A DNA stretch of 63,305 bases, filler included, from Reclinomonas americana ATCC 50394 (lineage: Eukaryota), in the NCBI GenBank assembly GCA_048213135.1. It is 7 parts of 3 records of this genome, joined end to end, with 100 filler letters (N's around TTAATTAATTAA, not from the genome) between each part and the next. Parts side by side here need not be neighbours in the genome. Positions count along the whole stretch, not along the records: positions 1 to 28,066 come from PS015255.1; 6 more parts are not named here. One strand, written 5' to 3'. The position numbers and the translations under genes are program-made. Below, in pieces: positions 12,386-24,753 of the stretch. Each line of letters starts with the position of its first letter. Within the stretch, counting starts at the first letter, position 1. Under the pieces are notes generated by a model. That model was given only the letters and a program-made list of their open reading frames with translations, made no database searches and was not told the DNA's origin.

Positions 12386-15300
12386 TCAAAATTGATTGTC
12401 GAGCTGCATGGCCGCTTGCTCGCCGGCAACGCTGTACGCAGTGAACATGCGCGGCGAGAAAAACTGGAAACCGGTCGAAATGTGCGGGTATTGACCACAA
12501 GGCGTGAAGCAACAAGCGCATGCGCAACACCAACAATGGCAGCAGTCGCAGCAGCAGCCAGCGAGGCGGTCGTTGACGTCTTCGAGTGTTGAATTGATGA
12601 CATTCGCGGCGACGAGGCCGGCGAGGTGAATTCGAGGTTTCATGTATGCAACCTTGCCTTCATCGCCATTGCTGTACCGCACAGTGAAATGGAAGCAGGC
12701 GTCCAAGTAAACGTCCTCATGCTCACGCGAAAACTGATCAACGCGTCTTCCCCTTCGACCTGATGACGGGAGAAATTCCTCGCGCAAGCACGCCTATCAG
12801 TGCGCAAGGAACATAGTCATCGCGTGCGATGAAAAGCGTGCATGTGCCATGATAAGCGAGCTCACCAACAGATCACGAGGTCGCCCATCATGCCCACGAT
12901 AACAATAGAATTCGCATCCGTAGTAGAGTCGAGCAAGCTCAAGTGCAGCGAGGAGTCCTTGGCATTCTCGATCGTCATCTTCACTGCCGTCAATGATAAC
13001 GATTTTCTACGACAGCGCCACTGGTCAGCACAACAAAAACTCAGCCTTCAAGCACGATCGCGAGGATACCAAACCAGTCTCTTTCGCTCAAACAAAGGCA
13101 GCACTGCCATGTTCTCGAAGTGCCCACCGTCGGAAAGGTACACGTTGGTGGCAGAGCCAATAGATGGGAACTGGAACGCCTGCTTGATACTGCTCAGCGC
13201 CTGGACTGTTGCATCCAGCAGAAACTGCAACCTAGGCCAGTCTTGTCGACGAACGTAAATCAGCGCTTACACGGTAAGAGTATCGACGAGACACCCTGCA
13301 TTACACTTACTGCGAGCATTGATGGCTGTCAAGGCCGAAAGTACCACTCCTAGTACGAATAGACCAAAGATGCATGCAGATACTGCGATATTGAGGGAGG
13401 TGAAGTCGAACTTCCAGTTCGAGTTTGGAGGATTATCCGGCTCCGGTGTGGAGAAGTTGCCGTTGTAGTAGCCGAGTGCAATGAGACCGATAATAGCCAA
13501 GATGACCACCGTAAACGTTCCGCACAAGCACCTGACAGTCGCCGAAACGGGAATCAGAAGAGTGTGCCAACAGGGGAAGGGATTCGAACAGCACTAACCA
13601 AGTCTTCCAGTTCGGTCGGGTGAGCGCAAAGAAGCGGCCGAGTCCAACATTTGCCCAGGACAACACCAAGGAGTTACCATAGTCACTGGCAATGCGGCCA
13701 TTTTCGTGCCCAATTGCCGCTGCTGAAATCGCCATGGCCTGCCGATCGAAGTGAGATTGAGAAATGTTCACCGACAACCGCTCACAGTACCTCAGAGAGC
13801 CGCGGCGCTCTGGGAAGCTCGAGATTGGGGAAAGCGGTTGCCTGAAACACGGAAGTAGGCACGAGCAAGGCATGACAAGAACGTATGATAAAGACACCAC
13901 ACACAACAGTTGCGCAACGCTGTCATTGAATACAGTAACAACAGCCTCATCGACAATATTCGTTGTCGGTGAAGGTCGGTTGAGGTACAGTGAGTGCAGA
14001 TTTGTCAGGCCGCCTGTGGCTGGCACAGGCGTTGGTAAGCCAGCGAGCCAGGTGTACGGGAAGCGCGACGGGTGCAGGCGGCGAGCACACGAGTTGTGTC
14101 TCGCCGGATCATTGGCATGCATTCCGGGCAAGTTGCCGGCTTGCGTCTCCATCACAAATAGTCCATACGACGGATTGGCGGTGTCATCGTCTGGTACCCC
14201 GCTCGTGTCAAAAAGCTTCCACCCGTTCACAGTCTGCAGCGGTGATATCGTGAACACAAACACAATCGGCGTTTGAAGTGCATCACAGACCTGGCACGAA
14301 ATATAGTGGGGAACATTCATGCCACGAGCCGCGACTGGAGTAGCTGGAAACTCGGTCATGCTAGTCTCCGCAGGAGCGGCAAGGCAGTTGCCAAGATAGT
14401 TGCCGTAAACTTCGCAGCACGGCGAACCGAGGAAGTGGCACGAATACGAGCAGCAACAACATACTTGAGGCTGCAAGTGGGTTGGTTAGCTCGAGCACGA
14501 CAAATTATTCACGCAGAACAATCTCAGTGTTCTAACCTTGTCTGCACGATAAAATGCCTCCGTCAGACGCCATCGGTAAAAGTGATGCAGCATGCTCCGC
14601 GAGAACGGGCGGAGAACAAGGCTTGCGCCAAAGGCAACGTATGAAGCCCAACCCAGCCATTCCCAGAACTTCTGATCGAAATCCTTCTCGTATCCGGCGA
14701 AAGAAACGGACCCAAAAACCCGATACTCAAATGCCTGCAATCAGAACGACACACAAGTTGACAACACAAAGCGAAACAGCAAGAGAGCAGAAACACAGGA
14801 ACTCACAGTTGCAGAAATTGTTGCAAGACTGACGAAGCCAACCATGTCCACAATATGCGTGACGACGGGGACCTTTTTCACACAGAACTTGACAACATAC
14901 ATGACGCCGATCACGAACAACGAAGCGCCCTCGATGAATATGTCCAGCCTGGACTCCACACGGTCTGCATGCGCAATCTCCATGAGACAACACCAACGGC
15001 GATGTTATCTTGTTACCACAACACCACGCAACTGAACCACGAGACAGCTGTGATGAACAAAATCAATCCACAGGTCGTCATGAAGAATCGAAAAAGTGGC
15101 CAGTAGCGTCCGTCCGACCCGTGCACCAGCTTCACGATGGAGCAGAAGAGTACGCCTCCCAGTCCAACACCGAGGACGGCACCAAGTCGCGTATCCAATC
15201 GGTCTACATTCATCATGCGACCGATGGGCGAGTCAGCCAACACAACGGCAACAAGCATGACTCGGGAGCCGACTGGAATGCACAACGAAGTCAACAAGAG

Positions 15301-16020
15301 TAAGAAGAATGCAAGGCTTCACACAGAGCACTGTTTAACACGTAAGGTGCTCAACTGTCGAGTGCCATCAACACCAATTTGATAACAAAGATGAAAGTGG
15401 TCCAGAAAACCGAAAGGAAAGCTGACAAACAGCTGTTTCCAGTCCAGCACAGGTAGCTAGCACGAGCTGCCATGTGGGCTTGCATGCGGTCGGCCAGTGT
15501 ACCCGCGTCCAGGTGATCTCCGTTCGGCGCCGCATTCACCGTGGCCCACTCTACCAGCGCACTGTGCAGCACAGCGCAAATGATCATCATCGTGCAGCAT
15601 GATGCAAGTGCACTCCAATGCTGCCATAAATGCAAACGATCTTCTCAGGTGGCCAGGAGCCGCCACACACTCACCTTCCAAAGTATCCGCCACCTGAAAC
15701 ACATGACACGCGCGTAATCCGTCGCCCCCGGCGGAGAAGTTGCTGGATGAGTGAGAGGATCATCAGCTTCTCACTGTTGTCACCAGATCCAGAAGGTGTG
15801 CGTGTTCGATCGTGCTGCCACTCACCAACACGACACCAGAGCAGAAGGCAGCGCTGCGGATACCACCACCTGAACACGCAATGTCAAGCGGTTCGCGTTG
15901 GCCAACATCGTTGACACTGCCAGCAGCAATGCGAACGGCGACATCCGCAGCGCCAGCGAGGGGAACTTTGTCGCCTTCCAGCCTCGACTCGGTTCTGTAG
16001 CGCTGCGCTGCAGAAGTCAT
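12386..16020 (-). CDS. Multi-pass membrane patatin-like phospholipase, multi-exon
   Basis: Motifs IACSGGGIRSAAFCSGV (oxyanion hole), SCVSGGGYFG (catalytic Ser), YLSDGGHFENMAVLPL (catalytic Asp) and C-terminal YPHISTGFQFF; several hydrophobic segments between them. Confidence 0.85.
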
Positions 16021-16444
16021 TCCCACAGCACCAGTGGATGTTCTCGGCGCGCGGCTCTTGTTGTTCACTGCGAATTGACGGCGCGTCCCGCAGTGTCACG
16101 AACATCGCCGATCGTTCGCCGCCGCTGCTGCTGCTGCAGTGGCGAATACGAAGTCGTCGGCGGCTCTGCGCGTGGCCACCTAAGATCTGCGACGGCGTGA
16201 TGATGATGTAGTAACGTAATACTGAGCATAACACCACCACCGCCGCGACATTGGTCGTGAACACACACTACACCTATGCCANNNNNNNNNNNNNNNNNNN
16301 NNNNNNNNNNNNNNNNNNNNNNNNNNNNNNNNNNNNNNNNNNNNNNNNNNNNNNNNNNNNNNNNNNNNNNNNNNNNNNNNNNNNNNNNNNNNNNNNNNNN
16401 NNNNNNNNNNNNNNNNNNNNNNNNNNNNNNNNNNNNNNNNNNNN

Positions 16445-16445
16445 N

Positions 16446-16515
<70 letters not shown>

Positions 16516-16625
16516 CACACACACATGCACACACACATGCACACATGCACATACACATGCACACAAGCACATACACATGCACACGCACACATGCACACAC
16601 ATGCACACACGCACACACACACACC
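16445..16625. repeat. (CA)n microsatellite, probably intronic
   Basis: Direct inspection. Confidence 0.95.
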
Positions 16626-17160
16626 TGCGACCAGCTCGCAGCCACAAATTCTCCACCCCCTTCACATGGCATTACACTGCAGCGCCGGCGAACCGCGGAC
16701 TCAGGGGAGCACGGAGGCATCAACACCCGAAGCTCGCCCAGGACGTACTGGCAACGCCACACCGCCCGCAATCTCCTCGTCGGAGAGAAAATCAAAGAAC
16801 ACGGAGCGGAGAACCTCCGTCTACAACACACGTGAGTGGGGAGGAGGCGCTGACGATACAAAAGCACACACTGCGTCTTCTTCAACGCACATCAAAAGCG
16901 GCACTGGCCTGATAGTCCTCCGCCGTCTCGTACTTGATCTTGAAGGTGACGATGGCCTCCACGCCCGAGCGACGCACGAAGCTAGTCACCACCGGAGGCT
17001 GCGACGCACACCTCTCCAGAGTGGTCTTGGCATGTGCGATCGACACGCTGTGGTGGACTCCGTCGACGTCCTTGGCCATCCACACCCACGTCCTCACGTC
17101 GTCGTTGACGCAGCACACGAACAGCCGAGTGACGCCGAGCGTCCGATCAGGAGGCACACG
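16626..17160 (-). CDS. Hypothetical protein exons, possibly F-box-like
   Basis: Exon-like frames ...AIVTFKIKYETAEDYQASAAFD| and TEVLRSVFFDFLSDEEIAGGVAL with GT/AG flanks; model incomplete. Confidence 0.3.
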
Positions 17161-17794
17161 CCTGCACGCCAGGTCAGCAAACAGCACAATCACAAACACA
17201 CTGTGAGCCACCAACGCACTCGGTGATGTACAAGCGGACCTCCTCCTCGACACAGTGAAACAGCGCCTCTTGCACAAACGCACACCGAAAGTCCTTGCCC
17301 GCGATGCACACACCCGCCGTCTCCTCATTGCTGCATCGAATGATCGCAGTCGACGACCTCTCACGGGCACGAAACGCTCCCTCAACGTGAACAAACGTCG
17401 CCGACGAGTGCAGCACGGTGGCGTTCAGCCGCACAAGCCCAACGCACGGCACCACTCCGATTATGTAAACATCGCCAGCAGAGAACACCAACAACAAACG
17501 AAGACCCTGCGAGTGCGTGAGCGACACGAGGGGAGAATGCAACACCATCGCCGCACCACACACCGCAGCAGTCAGCGCAACGCGACATGCAGACGACGAC
17601 TCATGAATCGCACGCGTGCCACTCGCGCACACACTTGCATGCCTCGCAGCTTCCTCCCATGTCGTCTCCTCACGCCCATCGCCATGCTGCGACTCAGACG
17701 CGCCCATGCATGCACACACGTCGATATCGAAGGAAGACGGACAGAAGCCGAGTTTCGGAGTTGATTGACTTTCCTTTTTTGTTTGATTGTTGCA

Positions 17795-20478
17795 ATGGAT
17801 GGCGCACTGCTTGTGAGCGACTCGACCACCGGCGCCTTCACGCGATACGACGCCTCACTGACAGGCTTCCGCGTGGTGCTCTGGCTCGACAAGACAGTTG
17901 CGCGCACAGCACACACACAGAAAGGCCCTCTTTTCACCAAAAATAGTAATGCCTCTTTTCCCACACACAGTGTGACACCGCCCCGGCACACGTGCTGAGC
18001 ATGCTCGAGGTGCAACATGTCAACGCAATGGACTCTGATCCGTCCATGTTCTCGCTGGTGTTCAACAGTGGCCGCGAGGTGCAAATGGACCCGATGAGCA
18101 CTGCGGATAAGCGACGCTGGCTCGAGGCGCTCAGTCACTCATTGCCGCTCTCACAAGCAGTTACGAGAGAGNNNNNNNNNNNNNNNNNNNNAAAGGAGGA
18201 AGGAGGAGGAGGAGGAGGAGATGGAGAGAAGGAAGAATACAAGCGAAAGAGGAAAACGGTGACGGTGAAGAAGAATAGAAGCAAGAAGTGGAAGAAGAGG
18301 AGGAGGAGAACAAGAGGAAGGAGAAGGAGAAGAGGACGAAGAAGGAAGACGCTCTCTCAGTCTCTGTTCCTGTTTTCTTTTCCCTCTCCTCTTCCCTTTC
18401 TTTCTCCTTTCATCTTGCGATCGTGTTCTCCACCTCCTGTTCTAAAAAAACAAGAAGGCAGACTCACTCTCTCCGTCCTTTCTTGCTCGTGTTCTTGTTC
18501 TCCTGCTTGCTCTCCTTCTCTTTCTTTTCTTCTCATCTCGCGATCTTGTTTTACGCCTCCTCCTACTCCTTTGTTCTTCGCCTCTTCTTCCCTTCTAATT
18601 GAACAAGAAGAAAGAGGAGTGAGAATCACGCTCTCTCCGTCCTTTCTTGTTCGTTGTCGCTTTCTCCTCCTCCTTCGCTTCCTCCTCCTCCTTCGCTTCC
18701 TCCTCTTCCTTCGCTTCCTCCTCTACCTTCGCCTCCTCCTCTTCCGTCTCCCACTGCATCTCGTGCGATCTTGTTCTTCTTCCTCTTCCGCTCCTTCTTC
18801 TCTTTCTCTTTCTCTTCTGTATCTTCCACTTCAGCGATCTTGGTCTGCTTCCTTTCCTTGTTTTGTTCTTCGCCTCTTCCTTCTTATTGAACAACAAGGA
18901 AGAGGAGTAAAAAGACTCACTCTTTCCGTCCATTCTTGTTCGTTGTCGGTTTTCTCCTCCTTCTTCGCTTCCTCTTCTTCCTTCTCTTCTGCTCTCCCTT
19001 CTCCCACTTCATCGTGCGATCGTGTTCTACTTCTTCCTCTTCCGCCCCTTCTTCTTCTTTCTCTTTCTCCACTTCAGCGATCTTGGTCTGCTTCCTTTCC
19101 TTTTTTTTCTTCACCTCTTCTTCCCTTCTCAAAGTACAACAAGGAAGAGGAGTAAGAAGACTCACTCTCTCCGTCCTTTCTTGTTCTTGAGCGTGTTTAT
19201 TCTTCTTCTTCCGCTCCCTTCTTCTTCTTTCTCTTTCTCCTCCTCTGCATCATCCGCTCGTTCTTCTTGTTCCTCTCTCTCCTTCTCTTCCTCCTCCTTT
19301 TCTTCTTCTTCTCAAAATAACAGAAAGAACATGAGTTCGAAGTCATGCACTCTCCGTGCTTCACCTTTTCCTTCGCTTCCCCCCTGTCCTTTCCCCCTCC
19401 CTTCCCCCTCCACCCACCCTTCCCCCCCTTTTTTTGCGTACAACAGTCCGAGTTGGAGGCCAAGCGTGTGGAACGGGCGCATCAGCGGGGCAGGGAGGCG
19501 GTGGAGTTTGCGCAGCGTGGCGCCATGCTGGTAAAGTTTGTGTTCAACAAGGGCGGCGCTGCGAACCACCAGCGCTTCTTTGCCGTGTCGCCGGATCAGC
19601 GGGAGCTCAGAGTTGCGTTTCTCCCAACCATCATTCTGTTCGACATTTGTGCTGATGATTGTGCGTAGTGGGGCAACACGGCCGCCAAGCTGCGCAGCTC
19701 GGTGGAGATTGCGTCGATTCGTGAGGTGGTGGTCGGCGCGCAGTCGCCGGTGCTGCGTTCGGTGGCGGCACTGCAGGCGCCAGCCAGTTGTGTCTCCCAT
19801 CCCTCTTCTTCGTCATTCTCCACCTTTCTCACTTCGCCCCCCCATTTCACCACCCCAGTTGCCAACACCTGCTTCAGTGTAATCACGGTGGAGCGCTCGG
19901 TCGACGTGCAGTGCCAGGATCAGGCCGCACGCGATCAGTGGTTGCTGGCGTTTGAGTACATCAGGCACGGCGTGGACCCGCTGCTGATGCGCGAGGTAAC
20001 ATGCAAAAAAAAGATAACCTCTCCCATCTCTTCACCGTCGTCTCTCTCACACGCTTTTCCCCTCGTGCAGCCGCCCATCGATTTGCCGCCGATTGACGTG
20101 TTTATCGAGAACCTGTCACCGGTGGTGGCGCAGCGAGTGCGCATGCGTGCGCAGTCGTTGCAGCCGCAGGGACAGCCGACTGCCTCGGTCATGAGTCTGC
20201 ACCAGCCGACGGGGTCGTCGTCATCGAGCCAACTCGGCTCGATGTTCACCCACGACGATTTTGACGACGACGCCAGTGCCGCAGGGGAGCGGTCGCGGCG
20301 CGCGCAGTCGACGAGTGCCACGGCGCCCACTGCGGCCGCCGGTGCCGTCAACCGGGTGCCTGCCGGCTCGCTCTTTGCACGCGCGCCACCCACCGACATG
20401 TCGAACCCGGAGGCGCGCATTCAGTACGCCGAGCAGGTGATGGCCTTTGTGGCCACACTCAACCCCGACGAGAAGTAA
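17795..20478 (+). CDS. PH-domain protein (PLC-like PH domain, probably a second PH-like fold at the N-terminus)
   Basis: QRGAMLVKF...HQRFFAVSPDQRELR|WGN...VEIASIREVVVG...CFSVITVERSVDVQCQDQAARDQWL; N-terminal FSLVFNSGREVQMDPMSTADKRRWLEAL. Confidence 0.8.
18350..19190. repeat. Pyrimidine-rich degenerate tandem repeat in an intron of the PH gene
   Basis: Recurring ctcactctctccgtcctttcttg and cagcgatcttggtctgcttcctttcc blocks. Confidence 0.75.
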
Positions 20479-20629
20479 TGGTGCCTCTGTGCGTGCGCGT
20501 GCGTGCATTCTGGCGATTTTTGTGTACTTGTACTGTTGCGTCTCCACCCACCCCGTTCGTCCTCTCGCCGCCGCCGTGCAAATCAAATAAAGAAAAACCG
20601 TGCGTTACATTTGCTCTTCTACAACCCTA

Positions 20630-20990
20630 CTACCATCCCGCTAATGAGCGCACATGGGGCTCGACAAAGTCACGCACTTTGCCCTGGCCGCGCTGATTCA
20701 GGTGCGTGAGGCACCCGTAATCCGTCTTCTTGTCGATCAGAGTCTCTGGAATCTCCACAAACGCCGACTTGAACGGCTGCGGCTGCGGCTGCGTCGACAC
20801 AAAGTGCTCGTAGGCCAGGCTCACTCGCGGACACGGCTCGTACTCCGAGTTGCCGGCGCCCCCGCACAGCACGAGAATGGCCGGTGGAGCGGCACTCGAC
20901 ACTTGCGCATATGACGACGCAATGTGCTGCATGAGGTGGTAGTACGCCGACACGAACTCGTCGTCGGTGGGGAACGGGATGTTGCCGGAG
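20630..20990 (-). CDS. C-terminal exon of an SGNH/GDSL (CE2-like) esterase
   Basis: PTDDEFVSAYYHLM...DYGCLTHLNQRGQGKVRDFVEPHVRSLAGW-stop resembles the block V His region and terminal GW of CE2-like esterases. Confidence 0.7.
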
Positions 20991-21689
20991 AAATGGGGAG
21001 AGGTGAGTGTGAAGAATGAAGAAAGGAGGGAGAGGGTGAGCACATNNNNNNNNNNNNNNNNNNNNNNNNNNNNNNNNNNNNNNNNNNNNNNNNNNNNNNN
21101 NNNNNNNNNNNNNNNNNNNNNNNNNNNNNNNNNNNNNNNNNNNNNNNNNNNNNNNNNNNNNNNNNNNNNNNNNNNNNNNNNNNNNNNNNNNNNNNNNNNN
21201 NNNNNNNNNNNNNNNNNNNNNNNNNNNNNNNNNNNNNNNNNNNNNNNNNNNNNNNNNNNNNNNNNNNNNNNNNNNNNNNNNNNNNNNNNNNNNNNNNNNN
21301 NNNNNNNNNNNNNNNNNNNNNNNNNNNNNNNNNNNNNNNNNNNNNNNNNNNNNNNNNNNNNNNNNNNNNNNNNNNNNNNNNNNNNNNNNNNNNNNNNNNN
21401 NNNNNNNNNNNNNNNNNNNNNNNNNNNNNNNNNNNNNNNNNNNNNNNNNNNNNNNNNNNNNNNNNNNNNNNNNNNNNNNNNNNNNNNNNNNNNNNNNNNN
21501 NNNNNNNNNNNNNNNNNNNNNNNNNNNNNNNNNNNNNNNNNNNNNNNNNNNNNNNNNNNNNNNNNNNNNNNNNNNNNNNNNNNNNNNTAAGAGGGGAGGG
21601 GGGAGAAGGGGGAGAAGGGGGAGAAGGGGGAGAAGGGGGAGAAGGGGGATTGGGGAGAAGGGGGAAGGGGGGAGAAGGGAGGGAAAGGG

Positions 21690-22430
21690 AGAGCTCGCGT
21701 GCTCTGGTGTTGTGTCAGAAGTGGTCCGAGATTGCGTGCAGTCGCTGGAGCAGGTGCGAAGGAGGAGTGTGCCTGCAGTGTTGCTGGTTTGGAAGTGGCT
21801 CAGGTGTGCTCGTTGAAGCCACCGCACCATGTGAGGAGAAGAGAGGGAAAGGGAGAAAAGAATAGATATGAGAGTACCTTCAGCCTGTTAAGGTACGAAG
21901 GAGGAGTGTGTCTGCAGTGTGGCTGGTTCGGAAGCGATTTGAGAGAGGTCGCCGCACCATGTGAGGATAAGAGAGGGAAAGGAAGAAGAAGAATGGGGAA
22001 GAAAAGAATAGAGAGCAGAGTACGTGCAGTGTTGTCAGTCTGCGTGCGGTCGCTGGAGCCCCTGCAGCTTGTGAGGACACGAGGAATGAGTGCGCCTGCG
22101 GTGTTGCTGGCTTGGAAGTGGCTCACGTGTGCTCATAGAAGCCAACGCAGCATGAGAAGCTACGAGAAAGAAAGATAGAAGAGAGAGAGAAGGAGATGAG
22201 AGGGTGGGAAAAACAGACGTGTGCCGACACTCGCTGGTAGTTGCTGTTGTTGGAGTCGGAAGTGAGCTGCGTGTGCCACGTTGCATTAATGACGCGAGCT
22301 TGAGGAGAGAGCACATTGAGTGTTGTTGGGTTGGAACAGCTTTGATTGGAGAGAGAAAGAGGGAAGTGGAGAGCGCACCTGCATTGGTGTTGTGTCAGAT
22401 GTGATCCGAGTGAACTCGTTGAAGCGACCG
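21690..22430. repeat. Degenerate tandem repeat, probably intronic in the esterase gene
   Basis: Repeated ggaggagtgtg.ctgcagtgt.gctggttt/cggaag blocks; a related sequence lies on the opposite strand at about 27985-28066. Confidence 0.65.
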
Positions 22431-23399
22431 TAGTCTGTGCGATGAGAGAGAGAGAAGAAGAAGAAGAAGAAGAAGAGAAGAAGAAGAAGANNNNNNNNNN
22501 NNNNNNNNNNNNNNNNNNNNNNNNNNNNNNNNNNNNNNNNNNNNNNNNNNNNNNNNNNNNNNNNNNNNNNNNNNNNNNNNNNNNNNNNNNNNNNNNNNNN
22601 NNNNNNNNNNNNNNNNNNNNNNNNNNNNNNNNNNNNNNNNNNNNNNNNNNNNNNNNNNNNNNNNNNNNNNNNNNNNNNNNNNNNNNNNNNNNNNNNNNNN
22701 NNNNNNNNNNNNNNNNNNNNNNNNNNNNNNNNNNNNNNNNNNNNNNNNNNNNNNNNNNNNNNNNNNNNNNNNNNNNNNNNNNNNNNNNNNNNNNNNNNNN
22801 NNNNNNNNNNNNNNNNNNNNNNNNNNNNNNNNNNNNNNNNNNNNNNNNNNNNNNNNNNNNNNNNNNNNNNNNNNNNNNNNNNNNNNNNNNNNNNNNNNNN
22901 NNNNNNNNNNNNNNNNNNNNNNNNNNNNNNNNNNNNNNNNNNNNNNNNNNNNNNNNNNNNNNNNNNNNNNNNNNNNNNNNNNNNNNNNNNNNNNNNNNNN
23001 NNNNNNNNNNNNNNNNNNNNNNNNNNNNNNNNNNNNNNNNNNNNNNNNNNNNNNNNNNNNNNNNNNNNNNNNNNNNNNNNNNNNNNNNNNNNNNNNNNNN
23101 NNNNNNNNNNNNNNNNNNNNNNNNNNNNNNNNNNNNNNNNNNNNNNNNNNNNNNNNNNNNNNNNNNNNNNNNNNNNNNNNNNNNNNNNNNNNNNNNNNNN
23201 NNNNNNNNNNNNNNNNNNNNNNNNNNNNNNNNNNNNNNNNNNNNNNNNNNNNNNNNNNNNNNNNNNNNNNNNNNNNNNNNNNNNNNNNNNNNNNNNNNNN
23301 NNNNNNNNNNNNNNNNNNNNNNNNNNNNNNNNNNNNNNNNNNNNNNNNNNNNNNNNNNNNNNNNNNNNNNNNNNNNNNNNNNNNNNNNNNNNNNNTCAA

Positions 23400-24272
23400 A
23401 TGACAATCGCGCCAACACCCTGTCTCCTCGTCCTCCTCTTCCTCGCTCTCGCCTCCCCCCTCGCACACGCACGCCTTCTCCACGTGGTGCCCGCCGTCGA
23501 CCCTGCCGTGCGCACCACCGGCCGCAGCGTGGTGGAGAGCGGCAGCGCGCACCACGAGTTGTCCTTTGACTGGCCCTGCGTGAGCCTCTCCATGCGCGTC
23601 ACCGGCACACAGAGAATAGAGCTGCTGTTGTCGGACGGCGGCAAGGCGCGATGGCATGTATCGGTGCCGGAGAGCGGCCAGGCGGATTACATTCTCAGTA
23701 CTCCGCGCGGACCCGGCAACTACACGCTGGCCTCGCTGTTGGATCGGCAGCGCTGGTACACAGTGGAGCTCACCAAGATCACCGAGGCATCGTACTTTAT
23801 CTATGAGCCGCTGATGCCGTTTGCACCGGTGGTCGTGCTCGGCTTTGCGGTCGATGAGGACGCGATGACAGCGTCGCCCGAGGCGCCACAGAGGCGCATT
23901 GAGGTGTGTGTGTACAAGGCCCTCTCTCTCTCTCTCTCTCTTTCTTTCTTGTGTGCTGAGCGGCGATGCAGGTGTTTAGCGACTCGGATGCCAACGGGTT
24001 CGGAATCGATGGGCCTCCGAAGGTCGACTGTGTCTTCAATCTGCGCGAGTGGGAGAACTGCTGGGAGGGTTGGCCGGCGTCGCTGGCTCGGCAGCTCGAC
24101 GCGGAGGTGCATGTGGAGGCGTGGAGTGGAAAGGGGGTGATCAAGGTGAATAGGGGGAGGGGAAGGGGAAGGGTTGTTCCGTCGTGATTCGTGTGAGGGC
24201 TGCTGATCTCGTGCCACGTAGAATGCCGAGGGATTGGTGAGGCAGAGTCCGGAGCCCATGCCGTTGTACTGG
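23400..24272 (+). CDS. Secreted SGNH/GDSL (CE2-like) esterase, N-terminal exons
   Basis: Signal peptide; FDWP; VELTKITEAS; RRIE|VFSDSDANGFG (block I); ARQLDAEVHVEAWSGKGVIK|N (block II); ends MPLYW| at the gap. Confidence 0.8.
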
Positions 24273-24753
24273 TGGGNNNNNNNNNNNNNNNNNNNNNNNN
24301 NNNNNNNNNNNNNNNNNNNNNNNNNNNNNNNNNNNNNNNNNNNNNNNNNNNNNNNNNNNNNNNNNNNNNNNNNNNNNNNNNNNNNNNNNNNNNNNNNNNN
24401 NNNNNNNNNNNNNNNNNNNNNNNNNNNNNNNNNNNNNNNNNNNNNNNNNNNNNNNNNNNNNNNNNNNNNNNNNNNNNNNNNNNNNNNNNNNNNNNNNNNN
24501 NNNNNNNNNNNNNNNNNNNNNNNNNNNNNNNNNNNNNNNNNNNNNNNNNNNNNNNNNNNNNNNNNNNNNNNNNNNNNNNNNNNNNNNNNNNNNNNNNNNC
24601 TTGTGGTGGGAGCAGTGCCTGCACAGCAGATGCCCTCATGCTATGGTGAAATTCATTCTCTGTTGGACTGATCAAGCCGGCGCCTGAGCGTTTGCGAAGA
24701 ACATCGATTGTCCTGTCCCGTTTTCTCTGTCGATCTTCTTGTCGTTGTTGAGA

